DNA of 64,000 bases from the human T2T-CHM13v2.0 reference genome, Homo sapiens, in the NCBI RefSeq assembly GCF_009914755.1, contig NC_060930.1; one strand, 5' to 3'. Made by a program: the position numbers and the translations under genes. Positions 14,701 through 27,592 of this stretch are shown here, one piece after another. Under the pieces are notes generated by a model. The model was not told the origin of the DNA. It ran no database searches and saw only the letters and a program-made list of their open reading frames with translations. The stretch's first letter is position 1. Every line of letters starts with the position of its first letter.

Positions 14701-16940
14701 GACTTTAGGCCATTAGGAGAGGTATCCCTGGTTAGGCACTGGTTGTGGCTAAGGCAGGTGGGTAGATGTAATACCCAATGGTGGGCTGAGGTCCCAGCCT
14801 TGATGAAGTTGGCTGGAGGACCTCTCAATTAGATGTGCTGAGGTTTCATCAAGGTGAGGAGTGGGAGCTACCTCAGCTCTCCTGCCAGGTCAGCAGGAAA
14901 GCTACTCACCTCACAGCCTTATTCCTGTCCCAGTGTTCTGGCTATTCGGATAAGACAGGCACCTCTTTTCATCTATGGAAATGTTGATGTTCCAAGTAGG
15001 GAAGAATTGTGACTTTGCCTCTCATGCAGGCTTGAATCTGGAGTGTGTTCCTCCTGTGGGGCTGCACTCACCCTGGATTGTTCCAGAAAGGCTGTCTATA
15101 GGTGCCTCCATTCTTCTGGGGGAAGCCCAACTGTGTCTGCAGTAGAGTGCCAGGGGAAACAAGGACCCCTTCTTTAAGGTCCTACACAATCACAGGGGAT
15201 GCCTGCCGTTTGGGGTAGAGGTACAGACTTTCCCTACTGTGCCCAGCACTGCAATTGTGTCTCTGCTATGAGAAACTTCCCACCACTGGAAAGATTTGGA
15301 ACTCAAGGCCTGCTGTTCACATTCTTTTGTACCATAGGGTGATCCTTTGATGTAGTGCTCGCCCCCTTCCCTTAGAAATGGGACATCCTGAGAGCTGGAC
15401 TGCAGTGATTGTTATTTCTCTTCTTAGTCTAACCACCCAGCAGGACTACCAGGCTCCAGGCTGGTGCTGGCAAATGTCTGCAAAAAGTCCTGTGATATGA
15501 CCAGTCTTCAGGTCTCCCAGCTGTGGATACCAGTACTTGCTCTGGTGGAGGTGGCAGGGGAGTGAAGTAGACTCTATGAGAATCCTTGGGTTTAACGTGC
15601 CGGCTTTCTCAGATGCTGGTTATGCTAGCAGTGAAGTCGTCATGTGGACAGACTCAGGACCTCTGGTTAGCCAGGATGTTACAGGCAGCAGTATTAGCTG
15701 TTCTTTTCTTCTTCCTGGGATCAGGGTTATTCTGTCATGAGTTGCAGTAATGGCCTGAGTTGGTCTGCCTCCAGCCAGGAGGTGGTGTTTTCAAGAAGGC
15801 ACCAGCTGCAGTAGTAACAGTGGGATTTAAGCTTGCACTAAATTGTCCAAGGGAGGTATTCTGGTTTCTCAGGCAATAGGTGGGTCCATAAAGCTCTCAA
15901 GAGTTTATGTCTTCTGTGTTCTGCTACCACGGCAGGTAGAGAAATACCATCAAGTGGGGGCAGGGATAGACTCTCCTTGGGCGGGTCAGACTCTCCTTGG
16001 GTAGGGCTTGCTGCAGCCACTGTGGGGGTTGGGGGGTGTGGTTCTCAGGCCAGTGAGGTTACCTTCCAAAGGGGATTATGGCTGCCTCTGCTGTGTCATA
16101 TAGTTTATCAAGGAAGTGGGGGATACCTGGTAGCAAAAGGCCCCACCCAGCTCCCACGCAGTTGGCGAGGCCAGTCTCACTCCTGCAGTGCTCTGCTAAT
16201 AGAGCCGAGTTTCCATCCAGGCAGCCTGTGCACAATGAACTCAGACCTGCCCCAGGCCATAGGCTTCCCTGCTGAGAAAGCAAGCACAGCTTTCAGGCCT
16301 CGCCCCTACCTGTCTGCCCACAGTGTTGGTAGCTCCTGCCCTCATATCTGCAGCAGTTTCCACTCACCCCCCAGATTCTGCTTAAGAAAGTTCACGCCCA
16401 GTGGCAATTATTATAAAATTCAGTTGGAAGCTTCTTTCACCCCATGACCCCTCCCTAATTCCACTGGCTGCCTTCCTGGAGGCGCTCTGTGAGATACAGT
16501 TATATACATTCCCTGGGCTCAAGCTAGAGAAACTGGGAGTGCCTATAAGGCTTTTCCCATTGCTGCTACTATTGTATTTCACCCAGATCCCTGAATCCAT
16601 TCCAGCTCTAAGTTAGGTTAAATCCCTCTCCTGTGATCTGGATTTTCAGATTCCCTAGTGGAATTCAGAGGCAGGTGGTTCAGAGGCAGTGGGTTCAGAG
16701 GCAGGTTTTCTCTCCTCTCGCACTCTAGGAACTCAGTTTTTCACCCGTCTCTCAGAATTTGCAGTGGTGTGCCACTCCTTTCAAAGGATCTGTGAATTCT
16801 TTCGGTGTTCCTGGTAAGTTCCTATGGTGGTTCTTGGAACAAAAGTTCATGATGTGAGTCTCCACACACTATTCTGTCTGAGCAAGTGCAAGATGCACAT
16901 TAGCCCTGTCTCCTATCTGCCATCTTCTGCCTGTCTCCTT
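8775..16940 (-). mobile_element. Near full-length old L1 (L1PB-type 3' end, long L1PBa-type 5' UTR), inactive
   Basis: L1PB-like 3' UTR at ~8790-9100. Fragmented ORF2 (LFTDDM RT motif, endonuclease ISILTLNVNGLNAP...CCLQETH) and ORF1 (LENLFEEIIGENFP) on the minus strand. 5' end GCCATCTT at ~16919. Candidate TSD GATAATAAT at 8767 and 16941. Confidence 0.92.
9725..10081 (-). mobile_element. THE1 (MaLR) solo LTR nested in the L1
   Basis: TGTATTAGTC...AAACCATATCA termini. Degenerate 5-bp TSD ACGTC/ATGTT. L1 sequence resumes on both sides. Confidence 0.9.
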
Positions 16941-18709
16941 GATAATAATATTTGATTTCATGTATAAACTGCCTGAAATTCCATGGTTTCATGTAGTCAA
17001 AAAATGTTTTTCCAAAATTAAAAGCTAAAATCATGTAGCAAAATGTAAAAATAAAATTTAATTTGAATGAGCTGACATTTTTTGGACCTTCAGAGAAAAA
17101 AAGAAATTAAGCAAACTTCCTAAAAGCTGTTCATTTCTTTCATCTTGTCTCATTTGCTGTTTGACCCAGTGCCATCTGGCATCCACATTCCTTGTTCTCC
17201 TCACACAGTCCTCTCCAGAGACACAAATTACCCCCTAGTCACCAGATTCTTCCTTGACCCTTATTCTGCTTGGTCTTTTCATTTTTGATAGGAAATGTCT
17301 GTTCAGTAAATGAACATTTGGTTTTATGATCTAGTTAATGTATGTTTTTATACTTCCTAAAAAAACATTGTGTTAATAAATAACATATAATGCTAACAAT
17401 ATTATAGACAGATTCCATTCTGCTCACAAAAAGAATACCACATTAATAAAGTTATTTCTGTCCTAGGGAAGACCAAGGCACATATTTGAAAATATTCACT
17501 AGAGCCTGAGATCATACTTAGGACTGGATGACTTGTGGGAGATGGAAGGGGTAGAGGAAAAAGGGCAGTTCCTACATAGCTGATTTCATAGGGTATAATG
17601 TTTTCTTACAGATACCATATGCATGCAAGTATAACAGGGTTTTGGGAGAACTTACCTGGGAGCAGCATAAATCAGAAGAAGACAGCATATGCATTTTAAG
17701 ATTTGAGGGTTTTTTTTAATGTGTATAAAAATTTTGTTGATTTACTATTATTCCTCAAGTTATGTACCTTTTATTTCCCACTTTCATAACCAACTCAGAA
17801 ATTTCTCATCCCTATAGGTAGCATCACTGTCCTTCCTGTCATGATGCTCACAGCCTCAGGACAACCTTTGGTCTTGCTCTTATTTATCACTTACCATCTC
17901 CTGTTGAATCTGTCCATTCTATCCCTGTAATCCATCATACCTCTTTCTTTTCCTAGTGCCACTACTCCCAGTTCAGAGTCACAAAAGGTTGTCCCTTTTG
18001 ATATCACCCACTCGTTCATCTACTATTTATTGAGTTTCTTCTTTATCCCTTTGTCAGAGACCAGGGACACAAAGATGAATGGCTTCCTTGCCCTCAAGTA
18101 GTCAAGTCTAGTATGACATAGGCTTATCAACAAATATTCACAGTATATATTCCTAAAACTGTTTTGAAAAAAAGTCACTATATTATCTTCAGATAATGTG
18201 CTTTTATTATTCCCAGCTATAAATACTAGAAAAGTAAGCTAAATAACTAGCTGTGTTTTGCCTTTTTCTGGCTTATTTTACCCAAATTAACAGTGTAAGC
18301 TTAGATGTACCTTCAAAACCTAAACCTGCATTCTCTAATTTCTGTGTCATCCTTGATGCCTAGAGCTGTCATTGACAAGTGTCTGTTTTAGAACTAATAC
18401 ACTTCAAGAACAACATTCTGCTCACTGAGCAGTTCCATTATTTGTCATGAAAGAGCTGCACATTCAGATCTGTATTTGTATTTGTATCTGTATATACTTC
18501 CTAAATTCAGATTTAATGGTCTGACTTTCCTTCTGATGAACAGCAGCCAACCCATCATCCCCAGACAATGAATGGAAACAGTGGTTTTGTGGATCTTCTT
18601 CCTAAATCTGTTGAGGAAAGGACATTTTCAAAGTAAGGAGTGAGAAGGAAGATGAATTGTTTATGGGAGATCATGATATAAAAACCGTGTTGTTCTGTTT
18701 TATTTCTAG

Positions 18710-18811
18710 CTACAAGAAAACACATGAAACCCTGAGTCACGCAGGGCAAAAGGCAACTGCAGCTTTCAGCAACGTTGGAACGGCCATCAGCAAGAAGTTC
18801 GGAGACATGAG
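18710..18811 (+). CDS. TPD52L1: Tumor protein D53 internal coding exon (102 nt)
   Basis: ttctAG acceptor and AG|GTAC donor. Encodes YKKTHETLSHAGQKATAAFSNVGTAISKKFGDM, which matches the D53 protein. Confidence 0.97.
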
Positions 18812-19825
18812 GTACTGTGGGAAAATACCATGGGAACGGCGCTAAGCCCTTGGCTTTCCGATTGAAGGGAGCACTAGCTATTAGCTGCTCATCTCAACAT
18901 ATGTATTTTTTTATTTTAATGGATAAAAATGTTATATGGCTGATATGATTGATGACTAAGATAAATTTTCACACTGGGACATTTTCTGCCTGAAGGTCAG
19001 GCTTAGGTGGCCTGGTCCCAGAGTTGCTGTTTCTACTAGGACCCGACCTGGTAAAAATAGAAGATACAGGGTAGTGAGGCAGATTTGAAAAGAATGCAGC
19101 ATGTGCAAATTCTTACTAGCTGTAATATAAATGATAAATTAAAATATGCATTTAGTGGAATGCACTCCCATAAACTATTCTAGATTGCATATTTGTATAC
19201 ATCCATCTAGTATATTTTTTCTGTGTTAAATAGGTACATATTTATCCTTTTATTCCATAAAGGTACCACACATATACACTTCTGGTAGTTTTCTTTCTTC
19301 ATTTTCTAACTATTTTGTGAGTATGTTAAATATTTATTGCACCTTCATTTTTAATGAATTTATCTCCCAGTGCGTAGCTATAGCAATGCTTTTAGATAAG
19401 TAACCTTGCACATTTTCATTATTTTCAATATTTCACTGTTACATAAAATAAGGGTGACCATCAAGGTTGATTTTGACTTGAGAACCAAAAGTTCTCACTG
19501 GAGGCACCAGGAAAAAAAAAATGTAGTATTGCCCATAGTTTTTCATATTATATACAATATTATATACAATATATTATATACCATATTATATAGAGGTATT
19601 ACTCTTAGTTTTTGCTTATTTAAATACCAGTCATAGTTTTATTTTGCATTTGGCTGATATGCCTTGGAGGATTTTTCTTTAGAAATCAGTTTCATTTTTC
19701 CCTCTATTCTTTAAAAACTTTTCGAGCACATTTTACATTTCTTCTTTAAAAAAAAAAAATCTCTGCGTATTTATTTTACTGGATTCTTAAACTGTTACTT
19801 TTTTATTAAAAAGAAAAAGCTTTGG

Positions 19826-20175
<350 letters not shown>

Positions 20176-22454
20176 CTAACTTTACACTTATAGATACATC
20201 TTTATAAATTATATTATTAAATTTTATTTACTTCAAAAATTGCTGGACTGTCCACAATATTCATTCACTATTTTAACAACTAGGCATTCACAAGGACATG
20301 TGCATGAATCTGAGTACATTGTTTTATCTTCATTTTTACTAATGCCACAATAATAAAAAGTAATTGAAATTCTTCAGAAGCAGGTGTGATAAACAGGTAA
20401 ACCTTCTGGATTATTAATTACCCCTAATTTTATTACAAATAAAATTTGTAATAATTTTAACGGCGTTATAACATTTATCTAAACTAATTAAATAATCCTT
20501 TAAAATAGGAAACCCTCTATAACCTGTTATACCCAAGAAAACATATTTTCCCATGTTTATAAAATTGGTTCTCTTCATACTGTGTTGAAATCTTTCACTT
20601 GAACCCTGGGAACTCCAGCATGACACTGCTAACTAGAATAGTGCTTCTGCATCTTTAGGAGATCTTACAAACACCTCTGAAGCTTGTTTAGAATACATAT
20701 TCTTAGGTTGCACCTCTCAGAGGTTGTGCTCAGTAAGTCTGAGGTGGAGTCTAGGAATCTGCATTTATAACAAGCTTCCAGATAATTTGGCTTCAGAGGG
20801 TCAGTTTATGAGGAAGACAGACATAGCTTAGCTCACCTGTATCTGGGGTTTTCACTAATAAAATGGAGATAAGAATAACAATGTCACTGGACTGTTATAA
20901 AAGTAGCAGAAGAAAGTCTGACATGTATTATGCACTCAAAAAATTGCAGTTTTTTATCTTTAAGTGACCAGCTCAGTTACAAGATGGCCCCACATGGTAG
21001 AAATTAGGGAGAGTACATTAACAGGAGCCCACTGTATTTCATAAAGGCCCTGCTCATTGTTTTTCCCAATAGTGAAGAATGAAGACTGTGTTTCACATAT
21101 GCAATATGTTGGCATTCATATTCAAACACTAATTGGGTACAATGTCAAGGTTGTATTGACTGCCTTTCCTCCCGTTTCAATGTGGCTTTGTCTAGTATAG
21201 TGGATGGCCTATTTTCCAGGACTTCCAAACTTTCCATTTGTTATTATCCCATGTAGAGGGTACAACATTTTCATTATAAACTGTGGCTAAAAATATTGGA
21301 AAATACAATCTGTGTTGCTAGATAATCAAATACAATCCTGAAATATTTTGAAGAGTTTGAAAATTTCAGAGCTTTATTTATATAATATTTTATGTGTATA
21401 TTTCTCTCAAACTATATCTAACATTTGTATATAAATGAGAATAACTCTTTGTGAAAGCAACAAGTTTTACAAAGATTTTTACTTTTAAATTATGCCCAAA
21501 CAAGTAATATAAATAAAAGTCATTTTGAAAGTGTTTAAACTTAATTTAATAAAAGACCTTAAATGGGAAAAAATAGTAAGCTTTGATTGTTTGTTCAAAA
21601 ACTAATGTGCCAATTTGTAAATATGGGGAATATGTTAAAATTTGGTCACAGACCTTTTATTTTAAACTTCTTTTTGGTTAAAAGTGTCATATTAGTCTAC
21701 ATTTTTATTAGTTACACTATAACATTTTTGTGCATTCTGGTAACAAATTTCTGAATGTATTCAAAAACATTACCAGCAAAATTCAGATAGCTTGGAAGAA
21801 CAACAGTACCTCTCAGTTTTTCTTTAAAATAACTCCAAATTAATATTTACAGATTTTGTAAAACCTAGAATTTGGGCCTTTTAATAGCTGAAAAAAAAGC
21901 TTTATGTTAAGATTTAATTTGTATGTTTTGTAAAAATAAGTTATATTTTTCTGAGCTAAGTAAGATTCTCATTTTAACCTGATTGTCATGGAATTGCCCA
22001 CTCTCTTTCTCCATCCATAAAATAACATTGTTAATACCCACTTAACCAAAATATTTCCTGTGAAGTTAAAATGAGGTCACACTTAGGAAAGTACTCAGAA
22101 GAAATCCAAGCGGTTGGAATCATTTTTCTAATAACATTGGCATCTTCTGGGAACTTCTCAGTTAATTTGTTCAAACTGATCCACTGGGGACAAAATGTTT
22201 GGAGAAGGCATGTCATTTTATTACAGTCCAATCATTGTTATATACTTATAGGAATAACAGAAGCAAAACTTGAGTTGGTAAAATGATTTGTCAGAGACAT
22301 TAAAAAGTCAGTGTAATCAAGAGTGGTAAATGAAGCTACCCTGTCTGTGCTCTGGGGCCCTTGAAAGGGGACCACCAAGGGCAGTGCAGTGTTTCTCTGC
22401 CTCCTGTTTGCTAACTCTGCTCCTGCTCTTCTCTCCTGTGCTTCCGGGCTGCAG

Positions 22455-22469
22455 GTCTCACTCCATCGG
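22455..22469 (+). CDS. TPD52L1: 15-nt alternative microexon (adds R-SHSIG in frame)
   Basis: CTAAC branch point at 22411, pyrimidine tract, CTGCAG acceptor and GG|GTAAGC donor. Phase 2/2 matches the neighbouring exons, and the peptide resembles the SHSFS inserts of D52 paralogues. Confidence 0.85.
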
Positions 22470-24149
22470 GTAAGCGCCACGGGGCTGCGTGTGGGGCTTT
22501 CCCCACTCCCTTGCTGCCCCTTTGCTTTCCAGGGCTCCCTGTTTCTTTCACACTGTGCCTGAACCAACAAAACTACACTCTGTTTTCCAGACAGTTCCCG
22601 TGACCAGGAAGATAGTTTATAGGGCACTTAATACATTTGAACTTATTGAAGTACATCTCTATCTCATTTCTGAATCATTTACACCATTTCACTTGCTGAG
22701 CTCTCTCTCAGGAGTCTCTTTCTCTGCACCATTTCTTCCGGTGTTGACAGAGCTTCTTAGAATTGAAAAGAAGAAGAAAAAAAAACAAAGTGGAGATTGA
22801 AAGTTATATATGTTTTCTGAAACTTCTAGAAAGTAAAGTTGAGAAACAAAAACAGATTTTCTCTAGATTGTCATGTTTCTCTGAATTTCTTGTACCCATA
22901 ATTTGTGTTGATGTTTCACCTTCAACTTTCTGTGCCTTCTGAAGTTGAAGGGAAGAAAGGTACCGGAAAAGCACGTACGTATGTTAAGAAGTTTGTGATT
23001 TTTAATCCCAAGCCCCCGAATTAAAACTTCTTTTAGCCGGAATCTTATTATATACTTTTATTTTTTTAATTTTTTCCTAAGAAAGCGGTCTATATTTACA
23101 GAGATACACCAATTGGTAATGCAGATGAGGCTCTTTTAGTGATGCTTTTGAAGTGTAATTTCTGAGGAAATATCTGCCTAATAGTTTCTAAATCAAGTGT
23201 CTAGGGTAAGACCGTAAGTATCCCATGAATTTGTTTGTCCTTTTCTTTCTGTGTTCTAGCAAAGTGCTACCCATACTAATGCCCTCAGTGGATATTATGA
23301 GGGAAGGGTGACAGATTTGGTCCCTGAACTATTAGCTCCTTGAGAGAAGAGAAAGCAGGGACGCTGTTGAAAAGTGTGAGGTGGGAGCAAGCACTAGGCC
23401 AGGAAAATGGACCCATTGTGCTCCTCCCCATGCCCAGCCTGATTTCTGAGTGGAACTCAATAGAAAGTAACAGGCAACCAACCAGAGGGAAGATGAATCA
23501 GCTACTAGGATTAATGGGATGAGAAGTTTAAATCTCTTAAAATTCTCAGGAATGTTTGTGTTTGTACCAGATGTTCTTGACAGTCATCTAGTACAAATCA
23601 ATCATCTTGACAATCAAACCAGAATGGATGCAGAAGTCCCTATGGCCTATGAGAACTGTGTTTGCCTGGCATGTGCTTCCTTGAAAGTCTTATGTTAACT
23701 TCTTGCTTTCCTCTGGCCAGTTTCTCTACCATGGAATGATTAGCTTCTACCTGCCTGGCTCTATTTCCTGGATACTGCCTTTTGCTCCTTACTGTTTTCC
23801 TGAGCAGAAGGGAGTAGAGACCTAAGTTGGGCCTGGAGAAGATGCCCATGGGCTACTGGGCTCACCTGGGAGAAACCAGACATTCTCAGATTTCCTGGCA
23901 AAAGGAGGCTGCAGAAAGTAAAATAATATGCAACCACGGATCCACCATCTACTTTTCATTTATACCCTTGAAAGCTGACTATGCCCATTATACCCAACAA
24001 AAACAAATGTCATCTTGGTTAGATGGGCAGGGAATATTTCAGATATTTGGAATTGCTGTTTTAGAACTACGAATAGGGAGTTTTTCATGTACTTATGTGT
24101 GCTCTCTTCTTTTTTCTTTTTTCCCCTTTAATCTGCTTTTGCTCTGAAG

Positions 24150-24188
24150 TTACTCCATTCGCCATTCCATAAGTATGCCTGCTATGAG
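24150..24188 (+). CDS. TPD52L1: 39-nt alternative coding exon (YSIRHSISMPAM, 14-3-3-type motif)
   Basis: Long pyrimidine tract, GAAG acceptor and AG|GTAATG donor. Translation matches D53. Confidence 0.96.
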
Positions 24189-24309
24189 GTAATGTGTGTA
24201 AAATATTTTATGTAATATTAATATGAAATGTGTTTAAGGTGTTATTTTATTTATATTTACTTATGGGGTTCCTCTGCTTTATGTGAAAGGAAATTGCTGA
24301 TGGTCTTCA

Positions 24310-24530
24310 AAAGAAAAGGCTGACAATTCTGTGGAAGAATTGCGTAGCTTGGGCTTTTGACCAGACATCCTGGCTTAAATCTAGTCTTTCCTGTGTGATC
24401 CAAGACAAGTGACTTAACCTCAATTCTTTTATCCATATATTGCAAGAAATAAGACCTACTTCATATGGTGTTTGTGAGGCATAAACAAAGGAACCTACAT
24501 AAAGCATTTAGCACAGTGTCTGAACATGCC
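24310..24530 (+). mobile_element. MIR
   Basis: TGTGTGATCCAAGACAAGTGACTTAACCTC core and AAAGCATTTAGCACAGTGTCTG 3' part. Confidence 0.7.
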
Positions 24531-26499
24531 AAGCAATCTTGCAAAGGTAAACTTGGGTTTCTTATTTCCGCAGAATTAAATGCTAGCCTGGGGGCAAGTT
24601 TAAATGCAAGGCTAAAGTTCTAGAGAGGATATCATTAGGATTTTTAAGGTGGATATTAAGGTGAGATGTTTGTTAAATAATAAAATGTCAGTATAATTAC
24701 TGACCAGATAAAAACTGGTGAGAAAGACATTCTTAACTTCAAGTTTGCATGGCATAGTGATGCAATCAGATAAAATTAAACTAATAGCAAGACAGGAATG
24801 AGTGTTAAATTGAAAATCAGAAAATGCAGGCTCTAGCCCAGCTCTGCCAAGGATTAACTTTGCACTCTTGGGAAAATCACCTCAATGGTATCAGCTTCAT
24901 CATATTTAAAATAAGAGGCTAGAACCAGATTAGCTGCTTGTCAAAGATGCCCCTCCACCCACCGAGCCCTAAGGCTGCCTAGAGATGAAGCCTTTGGGAT
25001 CTTCCCCCACTTCAGTCAGAGCTATGCCTCTTCTACCTGCTTTATATTGATGTTGTTGTTTGAAGGCATTATAGAAGGAGTTTAGTTACTTTCAATAGTT
25101 TGAGACCGCCGAAGCCAAATTCTTCATATATATAATCTTTTCCTCTGTTTTTTAACTGTCATGAAGAGAAATTCTTCCTAGGGTCATTTGCAGTGCTAAA
25201 AAAGTTTGTACATCTGATTAAATCTTATTAAAGTTGTACATCTGATTAAATCTGATTAAAGAGCTTCTCCCTGTTCTCCAGCATGTATTCTAGTATAATT
25301 TAATTAGATAAATGTCTGTTCTATTATATTTTATGAAGGAAGGCTCTTCTACACTGGGGTTATGTGGTTAATTGGTTGATTTGGAAATTCACCCTCAGTA
25401 TTTAGTTCTCTGTATTTGGTGGTAAACAGAGAGTACAGATTCAAGATTGCTTAATTCATCTTTGAATGGCTTGCTCTCCCTAGAATAAGAATGCCCCAGT
25501 TGGGTAGTGGAACCTAAGGCTCTGTTCCCCTTTACTTGTCAAATTTTAAATCTGGGTGTCAGAAGAAGGCTAGTAAAAATTAACATGGTTTTCCCCTGTG
25601 AACCAGGAATTCATCTAGTAGTGGCTAATGGGTCAAATGTAGTCTGCATGAGCTTGCCTGAAACTAACTTAAAAAAAAATTATTTTGCTTGTCTAACATA
25701 TACCCATGAACCATTTCCTCACTGTGGGCCTGTGTAACTGATGGATGACAGGCAGTCATGTGTGCAGGCTTGGCCAAATAAAACCTGCAATGGAAATGAA
25801 GTGCCAATAACTATATACTTTTTGAGTCATGCAAGTATAATTTTACTAACATTTCATCATGAAACAGCATTACGGAGGATCACTCATAGGAATTTGACTC
25901 GTGTTTGAGTCGTACACAAAATGTGATGCCATGTCAGGGCCCTCTGAATTCACCATTGTTAATCTGTACAGCCTGAATGCAGGTACATTTCTGACCATGT
26001 GGAGCACCAAGGACTCAGGAGACAATCCCCAAATTCACTCATAAACATCTATGTTCATTGCCTTTTAGTAGTATAAAAGTGATACTTCATTCTGCACCAC
26101 ATAATGAAACCTATATTCTATAGCTGTTCTCCTTTATAAAGTTTTTCTAGGCCATTCCTCTTATTTTACTTTTTTTTTTTTGCACTCAAGAGAGAATAAC
26201 AAGTGCCTTATTAATTCAACATTTAGTTGAATTATTTGATCTGAAAATGATGGCAGTTGTTGCTGCTGAAAGCTGACATGGATACAAGATTTAAAATACA
26301 CTTAGTTCAGTTCCTGTTTCTTTAGTAGGAGTTGGTGGTATTTTTAATGGTGGTGATGTCATTAAATTATAATATCATGGGGCCAAATCCAATACAGAAA
26401 ACCAGAAAGCACCAAATGAAGTTTTTAGTGCTTAAAGCAACAAAATTATGTATAGATTATTTAATACAATGAATGAGTCACAAATAAAATGCCATTAGG

Positions 26500-26797
26500 G
26501 GCCAGGCACGGTGGCTCACGCCTGTAATCCCAGCACTTTTGGAGGCCGAGGCAGGTGGACCACCTGAGGTCAGAATTCGAGACCAGCCTGGCCAACATGG
26601 TGAAACCCCATCTCTACTAAAAATTCAAAAAAAATAGCTGGATGTGGTGGTGGGCACCTGCAGTCCCAGCTACTCAGGAGGCTGAGGCAGGAGAATCGCT
26701 TGAACCTGGGAGGCAGAGGTTGCAGTGAGTCAAGATCAGTTCACTGTATTCCAGCCTGGGTGACAGAACGAGACTATCAAAAAAAAGAAAAAAAAAA
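26500..26797 (+). mobile_element. AluS
   Basis: Full Alu. GCCATTAGG is repeated on both flanks as a TSD. Confidence 0.93.
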
Positions 26798-27531
26798 GCC
26801 ATTAGGCTGCAAAGGTTCTATTTGGTAAGAGAACAAGTAGGTATATCTATTTGAGAGGAAAAATAACGCATGCTAATAACCTCCATTTTGACTGGGCATT
26901 AGGTAGGTAATGGGTATGTTTCATCTTAAAATAATGAAAGCATTAACTTTCCAAAACACCACTTCATGTAAGTTGTCAAAATGATTATTTTTTTAAGGCA
27001 TGGAAAAGAAAAAATATATGAACATTTTTTTCCTTGCACTATTTCTGAATTGTCTCACATTTGCTGAAATAAATAACTTTAAAAAATGCCAAGTGGCAAA
27101 ACTCAAACATGACATTCATCATATGGATTTTCCATTGCTTACTAAAAAACCTGAGTCAGGAAGAGGAGTGTTGTGATAGAAACAATAAATGCTAAATGAA
27201 AACTTAAGCTACCCATTGCTCCACTGGCTCATTGGAAATGATTTACAGTGTACCATGGAATTATTACAGTTGTGTCATTGCCAAATACCATATTATTTAC
27301 TGTATTGTGTACTGATCATTTTACCTAGAAAAATTCCATGTCAGGTTATGGTTTCTGAACCTAACCTAACAGAAGTGACATACATTTTAAAACGTGGTTG
27401 GTGCAGGTGGCAAGCTGACAGGTAGCTCTGTGGCAGAGGCCGTGTTTACAGATATGAGCAGAAAACCAAACAGCATGGTTGCTAAGACAGCTAGGCCTTT
27501 GGAGCTGACCTCTCTCTTTTTGTTATTTTAG

Positions 27532-27592
27532 GAATTCTCCTACTTTCAAATCATTTGAGGAGAGGGTTGAGACAACTGTCACAAGCCTCAAG
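27532..27592 (+). CDS. TPD52L1: 61-nt coding exon (NSPTFKSFEERVETTVTSLK, conserved D52-family motif)
   Basis: CTGAC branch point, ttttAG acceptor and AAG|GTACAG donor. Confidence 0.97.

Noticed and set aside
18657-18845. 62-aa ORF as a standalone small gene
   Set aside because: It is the TPD52L1 exon plus flanking intron read in frame.
25200-25261. Short tandem duplication of AAAGTTGTACATCTGATTAAATC
   Set aside because: A two-copy slippage product with no spacers. It is not CRISPR-like and has no functional cue.
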